Notes under the pieces: model-generated | Seen by the model: only the letters and a program-made list of their open reading frames with translations | Databases searched by the model: none | What the model was told of the DNA's origin: nothing | Program-made: the position numbers and the translations under genes | Shown here: one piece after another, positions 42,911 to 51,803 of the stretch | How positions within the stretch are numbered: position 1 is the stretch's first letter | How the letters are laid out: each line of letters starts with the position of its first letter | From: Gammaproteobacteria bacterium | Lineage (GTDB): Bacteria; Pseudomonadota; Gammaproteobacteria; DASZBR01 | Direction: 5' to 3' | NCBI GenBank assembly: GCA_035943935.1 | Contig: DASZBR010000017.1 | Span: 61,794-125,793, forward strand | Length of the DNA stretch: 64,000 bases

Positions 42911-44647
42911 CTAAAAATTACAACTGGCGCTCCGGCGGTGTTCACGGCTGTTTACAGCGGAGTTCACTGCATCATAGTCTTTGACCTTGGTTTCTACTAA
43001 TGGACGAATTGCTGCTGGAGCATTGGAGCGCAGCTGAGTATTTTCTACAGTCTCATCATTACCCGTTTTTTTTCTGGCAGGTGGTATTATTCTTAGAACT
43101 TGAGAAAAAGTTCTTGCGGCTGAGGTTTTTGCTTCACCGTTCGCTACGATAACTGCAGCTTCCCGGATTGCCGCTTCTGCTTCCTGAAGTCCTGCTTCAA
43201 CATCTCCTGGGGTACCTGGTTCTGACGAAGCACTACTTCTTGGTGTAGTAATCGAATCTTTCTTCGTTTCGTTGGTATCAGTATTTTCGGAGGTATTGGT
43301 TGCTGCCTCAACGGGTTTTTTCTCTGCAACATCTGCTGCAAGCGTAATATTGAAAAGTTCAAGTTTTGCTTTAAGGGTGAGTTCTTCAGCTTCTTTGACG
43401 CTTTTTTTCGCACTCGCAAGAGGTATCAATGACATTAAAAAACGAAATAATCTTGTAAGAGGTCCTGGGTTAGCCGTTTCTTCAATATAACTTACTGCAT
43501 TCACGACATTTTTTTTCTTTTCTAAATTATTCACGGGAGTTAAGAAAAAATCACTAAAGCTACCTTTTGCTATAGCTTGCTCGAATCCTCTTTTCTTTGT
43601 TTTTTCATAATTCCAGCTCTTCGAATCTAAAGATGATAAAAAGCTATCAAACGTTATTCCGTTCTTTCTGAATTCTTCCAGTAATTCTGTGTTCTTTTTC
43701 TTCGTACTATTTTCGCTATTCAAGGAACTATCACCAGCAGTAGTATTAGATGTGGGGGTTAGTGCTGGCCTGCTGACACTATTTTTTACAATATCTGGAT
43801 GAGATTCTTTAAACTTAGAAAGAGCTTCTAAACAGAAAAGCTTCTTTTTGCTACCAGTGCTATCTTTGGCTGTTTCACTGAGCATAACCAAAATAGCTTC
43901 TGCTTCTTTTTCACGGTTTTTAGATTTTAATGAACGAATAGCATCAGCTACTTCATTTGATGTTAAAACTTTTGGTTCACTAAAAAATAAAGCTGAAAGA
44001 AATTCTTTTTGAGATGCGTGACCGGATAAAGCGTATCTCAAAACAGAAGCTCGAATATGCGCAGGTTTTTTTAAGTGCTCGAAAATTTCACTAAGTTGTT
44101 CGCTTGTCGCAGCTTCGATTGTGCGGATAAGATGAATACGATGAGGATGCTGGTTTTCTTGAGATGATCCTAGAGAAAAAATCTCGACAATGGTTTCTGC
44201 TTGTTCTTTCGGCGTGAAGTGGTTAAAAGATTTTTGAAATTCCTCTCTGCTCATTGTCAGAAACTCAGGATTTGATACAAGCTTTAACTCAGATGTCAGT
44301 GCCGAAAGTTCGGCTTGAAAATAGCGAAGTAATTTTTTTGCTGCTTTTTTATGCTGGAGTGGTTTTAAAACATACTCGACAACATTTTTAAGGAATTGGC
44401 GTCGAGCATAGAGTGATGACGGGCTAGTGTTGTATGTTGCAACGGTTCTTTTAAGCTCGGTTAGCTGGGCTTGTGGCAGTTTTCCTTCTCCAAAAGTGGC
44501 TCGGTATAGAGTTCTTGCTGATTCAAGTTTTTTAAGGTCTGACACAAACTGGGCATTAGCGATAAAACCTGCTTTCTTAACACGAGCGCTGCCTGCTTCA
44601 AACGAAGAAACAGTTTTTCTGTCTTGCTCAGCGTATGTGGAATGCAT
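42911..44647 (-). CDS. 578-aa orphan protein; candidate Dot/Icm-type effector
   Basis: Long ORF, helical and low-complexity, with no recognisable motif. SD AGAGGT. A PmrA-like promoter lies upstream. Confidence 0.8.
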   Translation of the reverse strand: MHSTYAEQDRKTVSSFEAGSARVKKAGFIANAQFVSDLKKLESARTLYRATFGEGKLPQAQLTELKRTVATYNTSPSSLYARRQFLKNVVEYVLKPLQHKKAAKKLLRYFQAELSALTSELKLVSNPEFLTMSREEFQKSFNHFTPKEQAETIVEIFSLGSSQENQHPHRIHLIRTIEAATSEQLSEIFEHLKKPAHIRASVLRYALSGHASQKEFLSALFFSEPKVLTSNEVADAIRSLKSKNREKEAEAILVMLSETAKDSTGSKKKLFCLEALSKFKESHPDIVKNSVSRPALTPTSNTTAGDSSLNSENSTKKKNTELLEEFRKNGITFDSFLSSLDSKSWNYEKTKKRGFEQAIAKGSFSDFFLTPVNNLEKKKNVVNAVSYIEETANPGPLTRLFRFLMSLIPLASAKKSVKEAEELTLKAKLELFNITLAADVAEKKPVEAATNTSENTDTNETKKDSITTPRSSASSEPGTPGDVEAGLQEAEAAIREAAVIVANGEAKTSAARTFSQVLRIIPPARKKTGNDETVENTQLRSNAPAAIRPLVETKVKDYDAVNSAVNSREHRRSASCNF

Positions 44648-44670
44648 ATATAGTGTGACCTCTGTCGGCC

Positions 44671-44732
44671 ATTATATAGTATAAACCTTAAGAAAACATT
44701 AAGAGTTCAATATTTTTGGAGTGTTTTTAGCC
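44671..44732 (-). promoter_or_regulatory. PmrA-box-type promoter upstream of the 578-aa gene
   Basis: Minus strand reads GGCTAAAAACACTCCAAAAATATTGAACT-CTTAATGTT-TT-CTTAAGGTT-TATACTA-TATAAT. TTAA half-sites are at 44699-44702 and 44688-44691 (11-bp phasing). There are 11 nt to the -10 TATAAT (44671-44676). Confidence 0.6.
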
Positions 44733-44745
44733 AGTTTTTGCAGGA

Positions 44746-45402
44746 TTAGCTTTCTATTTTGCTCAATTCTTCGACAGTTCCGACGTTATGCCAGAGTCCT
44801 TGATACAGCTCACCGGTCACCAGATGGCGTTCTGCGGCCTCCCGGAAGAGAGGGGCGAGGCGAAATCGGCCTGGAGTGCTGCCCTTGAATAAGTCCGGGT
44901 TACACAGGGCAATATTGGCGTAAGTATGTTCTGGATCATTGCCTATCAACCCCTGAGGGTCCAACGAAAAGTCACCCTTGGTGTTGTAATCAGGATTGGG
45001 GACCAAAATCAGATGGGCTAGGGCGTTAAACCCTTTTGCCCGTTCGACCAATTTCTCATAGGGATAATCTGTATAAATATCCGAACTGATCACCAAAAAC
45101 GGATCATTACCTAAAAGAGAAAGTGCATTAAAAATTCCACCGCCGGTTTCTAATAATTCAGGTTCATACGAATACATAATCTTGAGATTAAATTTTTTGC
45201 CATCGCCTAACGTATCACGAATTTTATCTGCCAAATGCGAAATATTAATGACGACTTCTTTAATGCCAATCGATGATAATTTTTCAAGTTGATGAATTAT
45301 TAAAGCTTTATTTTTAACAGGAATTAAGGCTTTTGGAAGAGAATCGGTGAGGGGGCGTAAGCGTTCACCACGACCGGCAGAAAGTAAAATCGCGCGAGTC
45401 AT
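44746..45402 (-). CDS. murU: N-acetylmuramate alpha-1-phosphate uridylyltransferase-like nucleotidyltransferase
   Basis: 218 aa. N-terminal MTRAILLSAGRGERLRPLTDSLPKALIPV sugar-nucleotidyltransferase motif. Sits in the amgK neighbourhood next to lptD, as in Pseudomonas. Confidence 0.7.
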   Translation of the reverse strand: MTRAILLSAGRGERLRPLTDSLPKALIPVKNKALIIHQLEKLSSIGIKEVVINISHLADKIRDTLGDGKKFNLKIMYSYEPELLETGGGIFNALSLLGNDPFLVISSDIYTDYPYEKLVERAKGFNALAHLILVPNPDYNTKGDFSLDPQGLIGNDPEHTYANIALCNPDLFKGSTPGRFRLAPLFREAAERHLVTGELYQGLWHNVGTVEELSKIES

Positions 45403-45857
45403 AAAGTATCCATCAATGTTTCGATCGGATGTAATCGAATTTCGACTATAGCGCCCATTGCTTGCGCTGCACGCTTAATGCTTTTCATTGTAAGATTTTT
45501 GCCTGAGGATTCCATGCGTTGATAACTTTGATAGGGAACATGCATGGCTTTTGCGACTTCAGCTAAAGAAAAATGCGTGTCTTTTCGTAATAAATGAAGC
45601 AAAACCGGCGCTGAAACATCTGGGCTTGGCATTATGGGAACTTCATTTTTTCTAAGACGTGAAGGTTCTGGGATATGATCACTTTTTTCAATGCGGTCGA
45701 GTAACATTAAATCCAATACTTCACGCGCATTAAAAATAGCCTCTTCATAAGTTTCGCCATCAGTGAATGCATTTTTGATATCGCGAAACGTCACAAGATA
45801 ACCTTTTCCGTCGGGTTTAATTTTCGCACCGTACACAAGTTGAATAGTTTTTTTCAT
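45399..45857 (-). CDS. hicB: HicB-family antitoxin with C-terminal HTH
   Basis: 152 aa. N-terminal HicB fold (YLVTFRDIKNAFTDGETYEEAIFNAREVL) and a C-terminal XRE-like HTH (SLAEVAKAMHVPYQSYQRMESSGKNLTMKSIKRAAQAMG). Its stop overlaps the murU ATG (ATGA). Confidence 0.8.
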   Translation of the reverse strand: MKKTIQLVYGAKIKPDGKGYLVTFRDIKNAFTDGETYEEAIFNAREVLDLMLLDRIEKSDHIPEPSRLRKNEVPIMPSPDVSAPVLLHLLRKDTHFSLAEVAKAMHVPYQSYQRMESSGKNLTMKSIKRAAQAMGAIVEIRLHPIETLMDTL

Positions 45858-45863
45858 TTCGTT

Positions 45864-46055
45864 TTATCCTAGTAACTTAACACCTGTTTGTTTCTCGATT
45901 GCTTTAATTAGTCCAATTCCTAAATCTCTTTTTCCGTGAACTGGGACAGGAACAGAGCGATGGTTTTTCTTTTCCATCTTGTAATGACTGCCGCGGGTAT
46001 GAGTATGTTTCCAACCTGCTTGCTCAAGTAATCTAATGATTTCTTTTCCGTTCAT
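45864..46055 (-). CDS. hicA: HicA-family mRNA interferase toxin
   Basis: 63 aa: MNGKEIIRLLEQAGWKHTHTRGSHYKMEKK ... VPVHGKRDLGIGLIKAIEKQTG, a typical HicA dsRBD-like pattern with the catalytic His. Confidence 0.85.
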   Translation of the reverse strand: MNGKEIIRLLEQAGWKHTHTRGSHYKMEKKNHRSVPVPVHGKRDLGIGLIKAIEKQTGVKLLG

Positions 46056-46103
46056 CGATTGGCCTTATTAGAGATAAAGAAGTATAGGGTGTTTCAAGGT
46101 TAA

Positions 46104-47087
46104 TTACAACATAAATGTTGTGCTGATCTCCCCCATTATATGGTAGAAATCTCTCAGTTCAGGATAATTCTCACTCACACTCACGACATAATTTAAGGTT
46201 CGCGGAATATCTTTAAGATAGTGGTCGACACTGTCGCGATGTTTTTTTCGCGCAAAAATAAAACTGGCTTTTAAATGTCGCTGAATGCCCATGAGATCTA
46301 AATAACGTAAAAATTGTTCTTGGCTCGGTAAAGTGGTTTTGAGAAATTCTTGATGAAAAAATAATGCCCACGTGATGACATCTTCTTGTGGCCAATCGAT
46401 ATAACAATCTCTTATGAGAGAAACGAGATCATACGTAACGGGTCCGTGCATGGCATCCTGAAAGTCTAATATTCCAATGTTTTCATTGGGTAAAACCATC
46501 AGGTTTCGCGAATGATAATCTCGGTGAATAGAGCATTGTGGTTGAGAGGTCGCTGAGTAAAGTAAAAGATCAAAAGCTTTTTGGATGACTTTTTGAGAAA
46601 CGGGAGATAAATTTAATTTCAAGTGCTTGTCTAATAACCAGTGTTTAAAATTCTCAAGCTCGATGTTCATGAATTTTGCATCGAAACTCGGAAGTTCGAG
46701 AGAACAGGTTTGAATTTTACCCAGCTCAACTAAAGACTTTTTATAGTAATGATCAGCATTATCGGGAGAGAGCGTTTGAAATAAAACATTGTCGCCTAAG
46801 TCTGTTAATAATAAAAACCCCTGTTGAAGATCATGGGAAAGAACTCTAGGTACGCGAAGGCCGAGATCTAAATAAGCCTGAGAAATTTTGACGAAAGCGT
46901 CGTTATTTTCTGTGGAGGGTGGTGCGTCAACAGCGATATACGTTTTATCACCTGTGGTGAGACGAAAATAGCGACGAAAGCTCGCATCGCCTTTCAGCGG
47001 ATGATGTGCAAACGCCACATGTGGTAGTTGTGCGTGAAGCCATTCGAGTAGTAATTGCATTTTTTGTGTCATCTGAGATTGAATCAA
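46104..47087 (-). CDS. amgK: Anomeric MurNAc/GlcNAc kinase-like phosphotransferase (APH fold)
   Basis: 327 aa. Kinase motifs IHRDYHSRNLMV and ILDFQDAMHGP. Divergent from lptD and upstream of murU. Confidence 0.7.
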   Translation of the reverse strand: MIQSQMTQKMQLLLEWLHAQLPHVAFAHHPLKGDASFRRYFRLTTGDKTYIAVDAPPSTENNDAFVKISQAYLDLGLRVPRVLSHDLQQGFLLLTDLGDNVLFQTLSPDNADHYYKKSLVELGKIQTCSLELPSFDAKFMNIELENFKHWLLDKHLKLNLSPVSQKVIQKAFDLLLYSATSQPQCSIHRDYHSRNLMVLPNENIGILDFQDAMHGPVTYDLVSLIRDCYIDWPQEDVITWALFFHQEFLKTTLPSQEQFLRYLDLMGIQRHLKASFIFARKKHRDSVDHYLKDIPRTLNYVVSVSENYPELRDFYHIMGEISTTFML

Positions 47088-47140
47088 ACCCGATTGTATG
47101 CGATTTTAAACCCTTTTTGAAATCATACTCCAAGGGATCC

Positions 47141-49621
47141 ATGAAGAAGCATTTCTGGTTAATGTTAATGTTGATGGGCATCAGCAGCGCTGCGATCGCT
47201 CAATCACGCTTGGAAGATGCAAAAGCCTTGGGATGGGTAGCCAGCGACAATGTCTGTGGCGGATATTTTTTTGAAACACCTATGCCCATCGCTAACAATT
47301 CCGTTAAGTTCATGAAATCACAACCCGTGACCATTACCGCCAACGCGGGTCAATTAGAATACAATGGTGTGTCTACACTCGCAGGTCCTGTCGTTGTCAC
47401 ACAACCGGGAAGAATTGTCGATGCGAATAGCGTTGAATTGGTTTCCGTGAATGGCGATTATAAAACCGCAAAACTCAAAGGCCATGTGGTATTACGTGAA
47501 AAAGGTAAAATTGCCATTGGAAAAGAAGCGGATTTAGATTTGCAAAGTCAGTCTTATAGTTTCTCGGATATTATTTATCGTTTATTAATAGGCAATTTTT
47601 TGAGTGCGTGGGGCAAGGCCTCCAATGCAACTCAACCACCCGATGGAATTACCGTATTAAAAAATGTGACGTATTCTACGTGTCCCCCGAAAAGTCGTGC
47701 ATGGGAAATGTCCGCGCATACCATTACGTTGGATCAAGCCTCTGGTCGGGGCAGTGCGTATAACGCTATTTTTTATATGCAGCGCATTCCTGTTTTTTAT
47801 ACGCCGTATATTAATTTTCCGATTGATAGTCGAAGACAAACCGGATTGCTCTATCCCCAATTTTATTTTGGTGGAAATAGCGGTGCAGGAATGGGTTTGC
47901 CGTTTTATTGGAATATCGCGCCCAATTATGACGATACTTTTACGCCAACGTATTTAGATAAACGCGGATTTATGTTTGATAATCTTTTTCGCTATTTAAC
48001 TGAAAGCAATAAAGGAACGATTGATCTTACCGTGTTACCCAATGACTGGGCATTTAGACAATTTCAATCTACGGCAAAGTATCAAGTGCCTCCAGGAACA
48101 CCCGGTTTAGCTGATCTGCCTGAATTAAGCCCAACGCGCAGTTATTTTAATTGGCAAGATACAACGCAGTGGGATAAGCATTGGAGTGGAGGATTGAATT
48201 ATGCGCGTGTGAGCGATGACTATTATCCGACTGATATTGGTGGTGTACAAACGGCTGCGCAAAATCAATTATTACAACAAGGACAAATTACCTATAAAGC
48301 GTCTTCGTGGCAATTTTTAGGCAATATACAGACGTATCAAACCTTACATCCGGTGAATCAAGCGTTAGTATTGAATCAATACAGTATGTTGCCGCAATTG
48401 CTCTTTACCAGTTATTTACCGCAAGATGCGAATCGTTTCTCACCTTCATGGTCAGCGGAGTTTGTGAATTTTTCAGAAGCGCCCACTCCGGGTGCGGGAA
48501 TTGTTCCGCCATCGGGTAAGCGTATTAATATCATTCCGGGTGTGAGTTTGCCGTTAGCAGATTCAAAAGGATTTATTACCCCAGCCGTTCAATTTGAAAT
48601 GACTCAATATACGCTTGGCGATCAAATGCCCGGTTTTAGTAATCAAATAACGCGAACCGTGCCGATTATGGATATCGACAGCGGTTTGCATTTCGAACGA
48701 GACACGCATCTTTTTGGTGATGACTTTAATCAAACGCTAGAGCCGCGTATTTTTTATCTCTATGTTCCGTATCAGGATCAACATCAAATCCCTGTTTTTG
48801 ACAGCAGTATTCAACCGTTTACGTTTAATCAATTATTTTTAACGAATCGATTTAATGGAAGCGACAGAATTGGTGATGCGAATCAAATTAGCTTTGCGTT
48901 ATCGACACATTTTTACAGTAAAGCCACCGGCGATGAAAAATTTTCCGCGGGTGTCGGTATTATTAAATATTTTGAAGATCGACGTGTGACATTATGTCAA
49001 ACCGTGGGATGTACCGATCCGTTATATTCTGTAGGAAGTACTTCACCGACGGCGGTGACATCTCCTCTTGTGGGACAAGCGACGTATCATTTTAATCCTG
49101 TGTGGAGTGCGACGGTGGATGGTTCTTGGGATCCTGAAATTGCGCAGACACAAAATTCATCCATTAATTTCCAATATATGCCAGCCGTTAATCATATTGT
49201 TAATGTCGGTTATAGTTATGTACGTTATGGCGATTATTTTTTACTTCCGGGGCAATCGTCACAGATAAATGCGCCGCTGACGTCACTCAACAGCAAATTT
49301 AATTTGAGTGAACCCACAGCGTCATTGGTGTGGCCGTTGATGTCACATGTGAATCTTGTCGCGAGTTGGAGTTACAGTTGGAATCAGAATCATTCACTTG
49401 CGTATTTTACCGGCGTACAATACGACAGTTGTTGTTGGGCGTTACAAACCGTGGTTGCACGAAATTATGATGGACTGGATTCGTTTGGTACCCCACAATT
49501 CTCGACGGGAGTTTATGTGCAAGTCGTCTTTAAGGGATTAGCGAAGTTACCGGTTAATGATCCAACGACATTATTATTAAATAGTATTCCGAATTATCAA
49601 GATAATTTCGCGCAAGTGTAA
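47141..49621 (+). CDS. lptD: LPS-assembly outer-membrane protein LptD
   Basis: OstA-type N-terminal domain plus a large beta-barrel. The track start at 47006 overlaps amgK, so I trimmed to the ATG at 47141, which gives the signal peptide MKKHFWLMLMLMGISSAAIAQS. Confidence 0.9.
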   Translation: MKKHFWLMLMLMGISSAAIAQSRLEDAKALGWVASDNVCGGYFFETPMPIANNSVKFMKSQPVTITANAGQLEYNGVSTLAGPVVVTQPGRIVDANSVELVSVNGDYKTAKLKGHVVLREKGKIAIGKEADLDLQSQSYSFSDIIYRLLIGNFLSAWGKASNATQPPDGITVLKNVTYSTCPPKSRAWEMSAHTITLDQASGRGSAYNAIFYMQRIPVFYTPYINFPIDSRRQTGLLYPQFYFGGNSGAGMGLPFYWNIAPNYDDTFTPTYLDKRGFMFDNLFRYLTESNKGTIDLTVLPNDWAFRQFQSTAKYQVPPGTPGLADLPELSPTRSYFNWQDTTQWDKHWSGGLNYARVSDDYYPTDIGGVQTAAQNQLLQQGQITYKASSWQFLGNIQTYQTLHPVNQALVLNQYSMLPQLLFTSYLPQDANRFSPSWSAEFVNFSEAPTPGAGIVPPSGKRINIIPGVSLPLADSKGFITPAVQFEMTQYTLGDQMPGFSNQITRTVPIMDIDSGLHFERDTHLFGDDFNQTLEPRIFYLYVPYQDQHQIPVFDSSIQPFTFNQLFLTNRFNGSDRIGDANQISFALSTHFYSKATGDEKFSAGVGIIKYFEDRRVTLCQTVGCTDPLYSVGSTSPTAVTSPLVGQATYHFNPVWSATVDGSWDPEIAQTQNSSINFQYMPAVNHIVNVGYSYVRYGDYFLLPGQSSQINAPLTSLNSKFNLSEPTASLVWPLMSHVNLVASWSYSWNQNHSLAYFTGVQYDSCCWALQTVVARNYDGLDSFGTPQFSTGVYVQVVFKGLAKLPVNDPTTLLLNSIPNYQDNFAQV

Positions 49622-49637
49622 TTTCGAGGGAAGATGA

Positions 49638-50186
49638 ATGAAATTTTTACCACTACTTTTTATGGGATTGTGCAGTTTATTTCTCGTGGGATGTTCACGA
49701 TCACAGACACCTAATTTTCAATCTATGATACTTCCAAACACACCGAATTATTATTTAGTGTGTCCCCAAAAATATTGCAATGTGACGCCCAGTGCGTATT
49801 CACCTGTTTTCCATGTCTCTGCGGATGATTTATTTAATGCCTTCAATCAAATCATTGCGACAAAATCGCGCGTACAATTTGTGAACGATATTCCTGAGCA
49901 GGGTGAATTTCTGTTGGTTGAGAAAAGTATTTTTGGTTTTCCAGCGGATATTACGGTACAGTTTATCGCGCTGTCAGAGGATACGTCGACGTTGGCTATT
50001 TTCAGCAAATCGCGTTACGGCTTTTATGATTTTGGGTCCAATAAGCGTCGTCTGAATAATTTGTTCATGGAACTAAGTCAACAACTTGCAAAAAATGGTA
50101 CCGAGGGTCGGAATCGAACCGACACAGTGTCGCCACCACCGGATTTTGAGTCCGGCGCGTCTACCAGTTCCGCCACCCCGGCATAA
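49638..50186 (+). CDS. DUF1499-like lipoprotein
   Basis: Lipobox LFLVGCS. DUF1499-like RYGFYDFGSNKRRLNNLF near the expected C-terminus. The last ~30 codons run antisense through tRNA-Leu. Confidence 0.55.
   Translation: MKFLPLLFMGLCSLFLVGCSRSQTPNFQSMILPNTPNYYLVCPQKYCNVTPSAYSPVFHVSADDLFNAFNQIIATKSRVQFVNDIPEQGEFLLVEKSIFGFPADITVQFIALSEDTSTLAIFSKSRYGFYDFGSNKRRLNNLFMELSQQLAKNGTEGRNRTDTVSPPPDFESGASTSSATPA
50096..50182 (-). tRNA. tRNA-Leu (anticodon CAA), type II with long variable arm
   Basis: Minus strand reads gccggggtggcggaactggtagacgcgccggactcaaaatccggtggtggcgacactgtgtcggttcgattccgaccctcggtacca (87 nt). It is collinear with E. coli tRNA-Leu(CAA); the acceptor stem pairs with two G-U wobbles. 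Confidence 0.9.
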
Positions 50187-50217
50187 AGAAGCGCGGAGTA
50201 TAGCAGAGAGAATTGAA

Positions 50218-50721
50218 ATGAATAAACTGTTTTGGATTATTATTTTTTCTGTTTTTTTAGTGACCAGTTGTGCTACGACCTCGACATTTCAACCGCACAA
50301 TCCAAAAACCTCGCAGCATTGGCGGGTTCAGGGAAAAATTGCGATGCAAGATCAGGGGAGGGCTGAAACAGCGTCATTGGATTGGCAGCAGAACGTTCAA
50401 AACTATCAGATCAGAATTTTTGGGCCGTTAGGCATAGGCGCCGTTGAGATCAATGGTAATCCTCAGGGCGTCGAATTGATTGATAGCAAGGGACAAATTC
50501 ATCAAGCTGCATCAGCAGAATTACTGTCTCAACAGATTTTAGGCTACCCACTTCCTATAGCGGATTTGGTTTATTGGCTGAAAGGGGTTAAAACAAAACA
50601 TCATCATGGTTGGACCGTTCATTATCTCTCTTATCACCAAAATGGTATGCCAAAACTGATGACCGCAACACATCAAGGAATTAATCTTCGAATTTTTATT
50701 GATAAGTGGCAGTTTTTTTGA
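50218..50721 (+). CDS. lolB: Outer-membrane lipoprotein LolB
   Basis: I trimmed the track ORF (50086) to the ATG at 50218. Lipobox LVTSCAT. LolB-like WRVQGKIAM...ASLDWQQ...YQIRIFGPLG...LGYPLPIADLVYWLKG. Upstream of prs as in E. coli. Confidence 0.8.
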   Translation: MNKLFWIIIFSVFLVTSCATTSTFQPHNPKTSQHWRVQGKIAMQDQGRAETASLDWQQNVQNYQIRIFGPLGIGAVEINGNPQGVELIDSKGQIHQAASAELLSQQILGYPLPIADLVYWLKGVKTKHHHGWTVHYLSYHQNGMPKLMTATHQGINLRIFIDKWQFF

Positions 50722-50748
50722 TTGAATACCGGTCCAGTCAACACTCAT

Positions 50749-50823
50749 TGGGGTGTCGCCAAGTGGTAAGGCACCGGGTTTTGATCCCGGCATACCTAGG
50801 TTCGAATCCTAGCACCCCAGCCA
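50749..50823 (+). tRNA. tRNA-Gln (anticodon UUG)
   Basis: The 75-nt tggggtgtcgccaagtggtaaggcaccgggttttgatcccggcatacctaggttcgaatcctagcaccccagcca is nearly collinear with E. coli tRNA-Gln. Confidence 0.95.
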
Positions 50824-50850
50824 ATTGATTCTTATGTTTAGGAACGACTC

Positions 50851-51798
50851 GTGTCTAACATGATGATTTTTAGCGGTAACGCTAATCTGCCTTTAGCAGA
50901 ACAAGTGGCACATTTTTTGAAAATCCCTTTAGGCAAAGCAACGGTTTCAACGTTTAGTGACGGTGAAACCATGGTAGAGATTTTGGAAAATGTCAGAGGG
51001 CGAGACGTTTTTATTATTCAGCCCACCTGTGCACCGACCAATAATAATTTAATGGAATTAATTATTATGGCGGATGCGTTACGTCGTGCATCGGCGGCAC
51101 GTATTACGGCGGTGGTTCCCTATTTTGGTTACGCGAGACAAGACAGGCGTGTGCGTTCTGCACGTGTGCCCATCACGGCAAAAGTGGTTGCTGACATGAT
51201 CGGAAAAGTCGGAATTAATCGATTGCTCACGGTTGATTTACATGCAGACCAAGTGCAAGGCTTTTTTTATATTCCCGTTGATAACGTTTATGCCACTTCT
51301 TCTATGTTGGCGGATATTCGTCAACGCAAATATAAAAATTTAATTGTGGTATCTCCCGATGTGGGCGGTGTAGTGCGTGCACGTGCTATCGCAAAATTAT
51401 TAAGCGAAGCGGATTTAGCTATCATTGATAAACGTCGTCCGCGTGCAAATCATGCCGAAGTCATGAATATCATTGGTGATGTCAAAGACAGAACCTGTTT
51501 ATTAATGGACGATATTGTTGATACGGCAGGAACCTTATGCGCCGCTGCCAAAGCATTAAAGAAAGAAGGTGCGGATTCTGTTAAAGCGTATTGTACGCAT
51601 GCCGTATTATCAGGCGAAGCTATTAAGAATATTGAAGAATCAGAATTAGATGAAGTGGTTGTGACGGATACGATTCCGTTATCCGCAGCCGCCAAGAAAT
51701 GTAAGAAAATTCGCCAGTTAAATATTGCTGAAATGCTTGCGCAAATTATTCGCAGAATTAATGAAGAAGAATCGGTAAGTTCGATGTTTTCAGAATAA
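50851..51798 (+). CDS. prs: Ribose-phosphate pyrophosphokinase
   Basis: 315 aa with PRPP-binding loop DDIVDTAGT and DLHA motif. GTG start with AGGA 7 nt upstream (alternative ATG at 50860). Confidence 0.95.
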   Translation: MSNMMIFSGNANLPLAEQVAHFLKIPLGKATVSTFSDGETMVEILENVRGRDVFIIQPTCAPTNNNLMELIIMADALRRASAARITAVVPYFGYARQDRRVRSARVPITAKVVADMIGKVGINRLLTVDLHADQVQGFFYIPVDNVYATSSMLADIRQRKYKNLIVVSPDVGGVVRARAIAKLLSEADLAIIDKRRPRANHAEVMNIIGDVKDRTCLLMDDIVDTAGTLCAAAKALKKEGADSVKAYCTHAVLSGEAIKNIEESELDEVVVTDTIPLSAAAKKCKKIRQLNIAEMLAQIIRRINEEESVSSMFSE

Positions 51799-51803
51799 TT
51801 TTT

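Noticed and set aside
42877-42945. Track starts of three ORFs: 42945 for the 115-aa ORF, TTG 38956 for the 102-aa ORF, and TTG 42507 for the 1175-aa ORF
   Set aside because: Downstream ATGs carry much better SD sequences and remove the overlaps, so the gene models were trimmed to 42876, 38938 and 42474.
47006-47140. N-terminal 45-codon extension of lptD in the track ORF
   Set aside because: It overlaps the amgK 5' end on the opposite strand. The ATG at 47141 yields a canonical signal peptide.
50086-50217. N-terminal extension of the lolB ORF (MQKMVPRVGIEPTQCRHH...)
   Set aside because: It is a read-through of the tRNA-Leu sequence. The ATG at 50218 gives a proper lipoprotein signal peptide.
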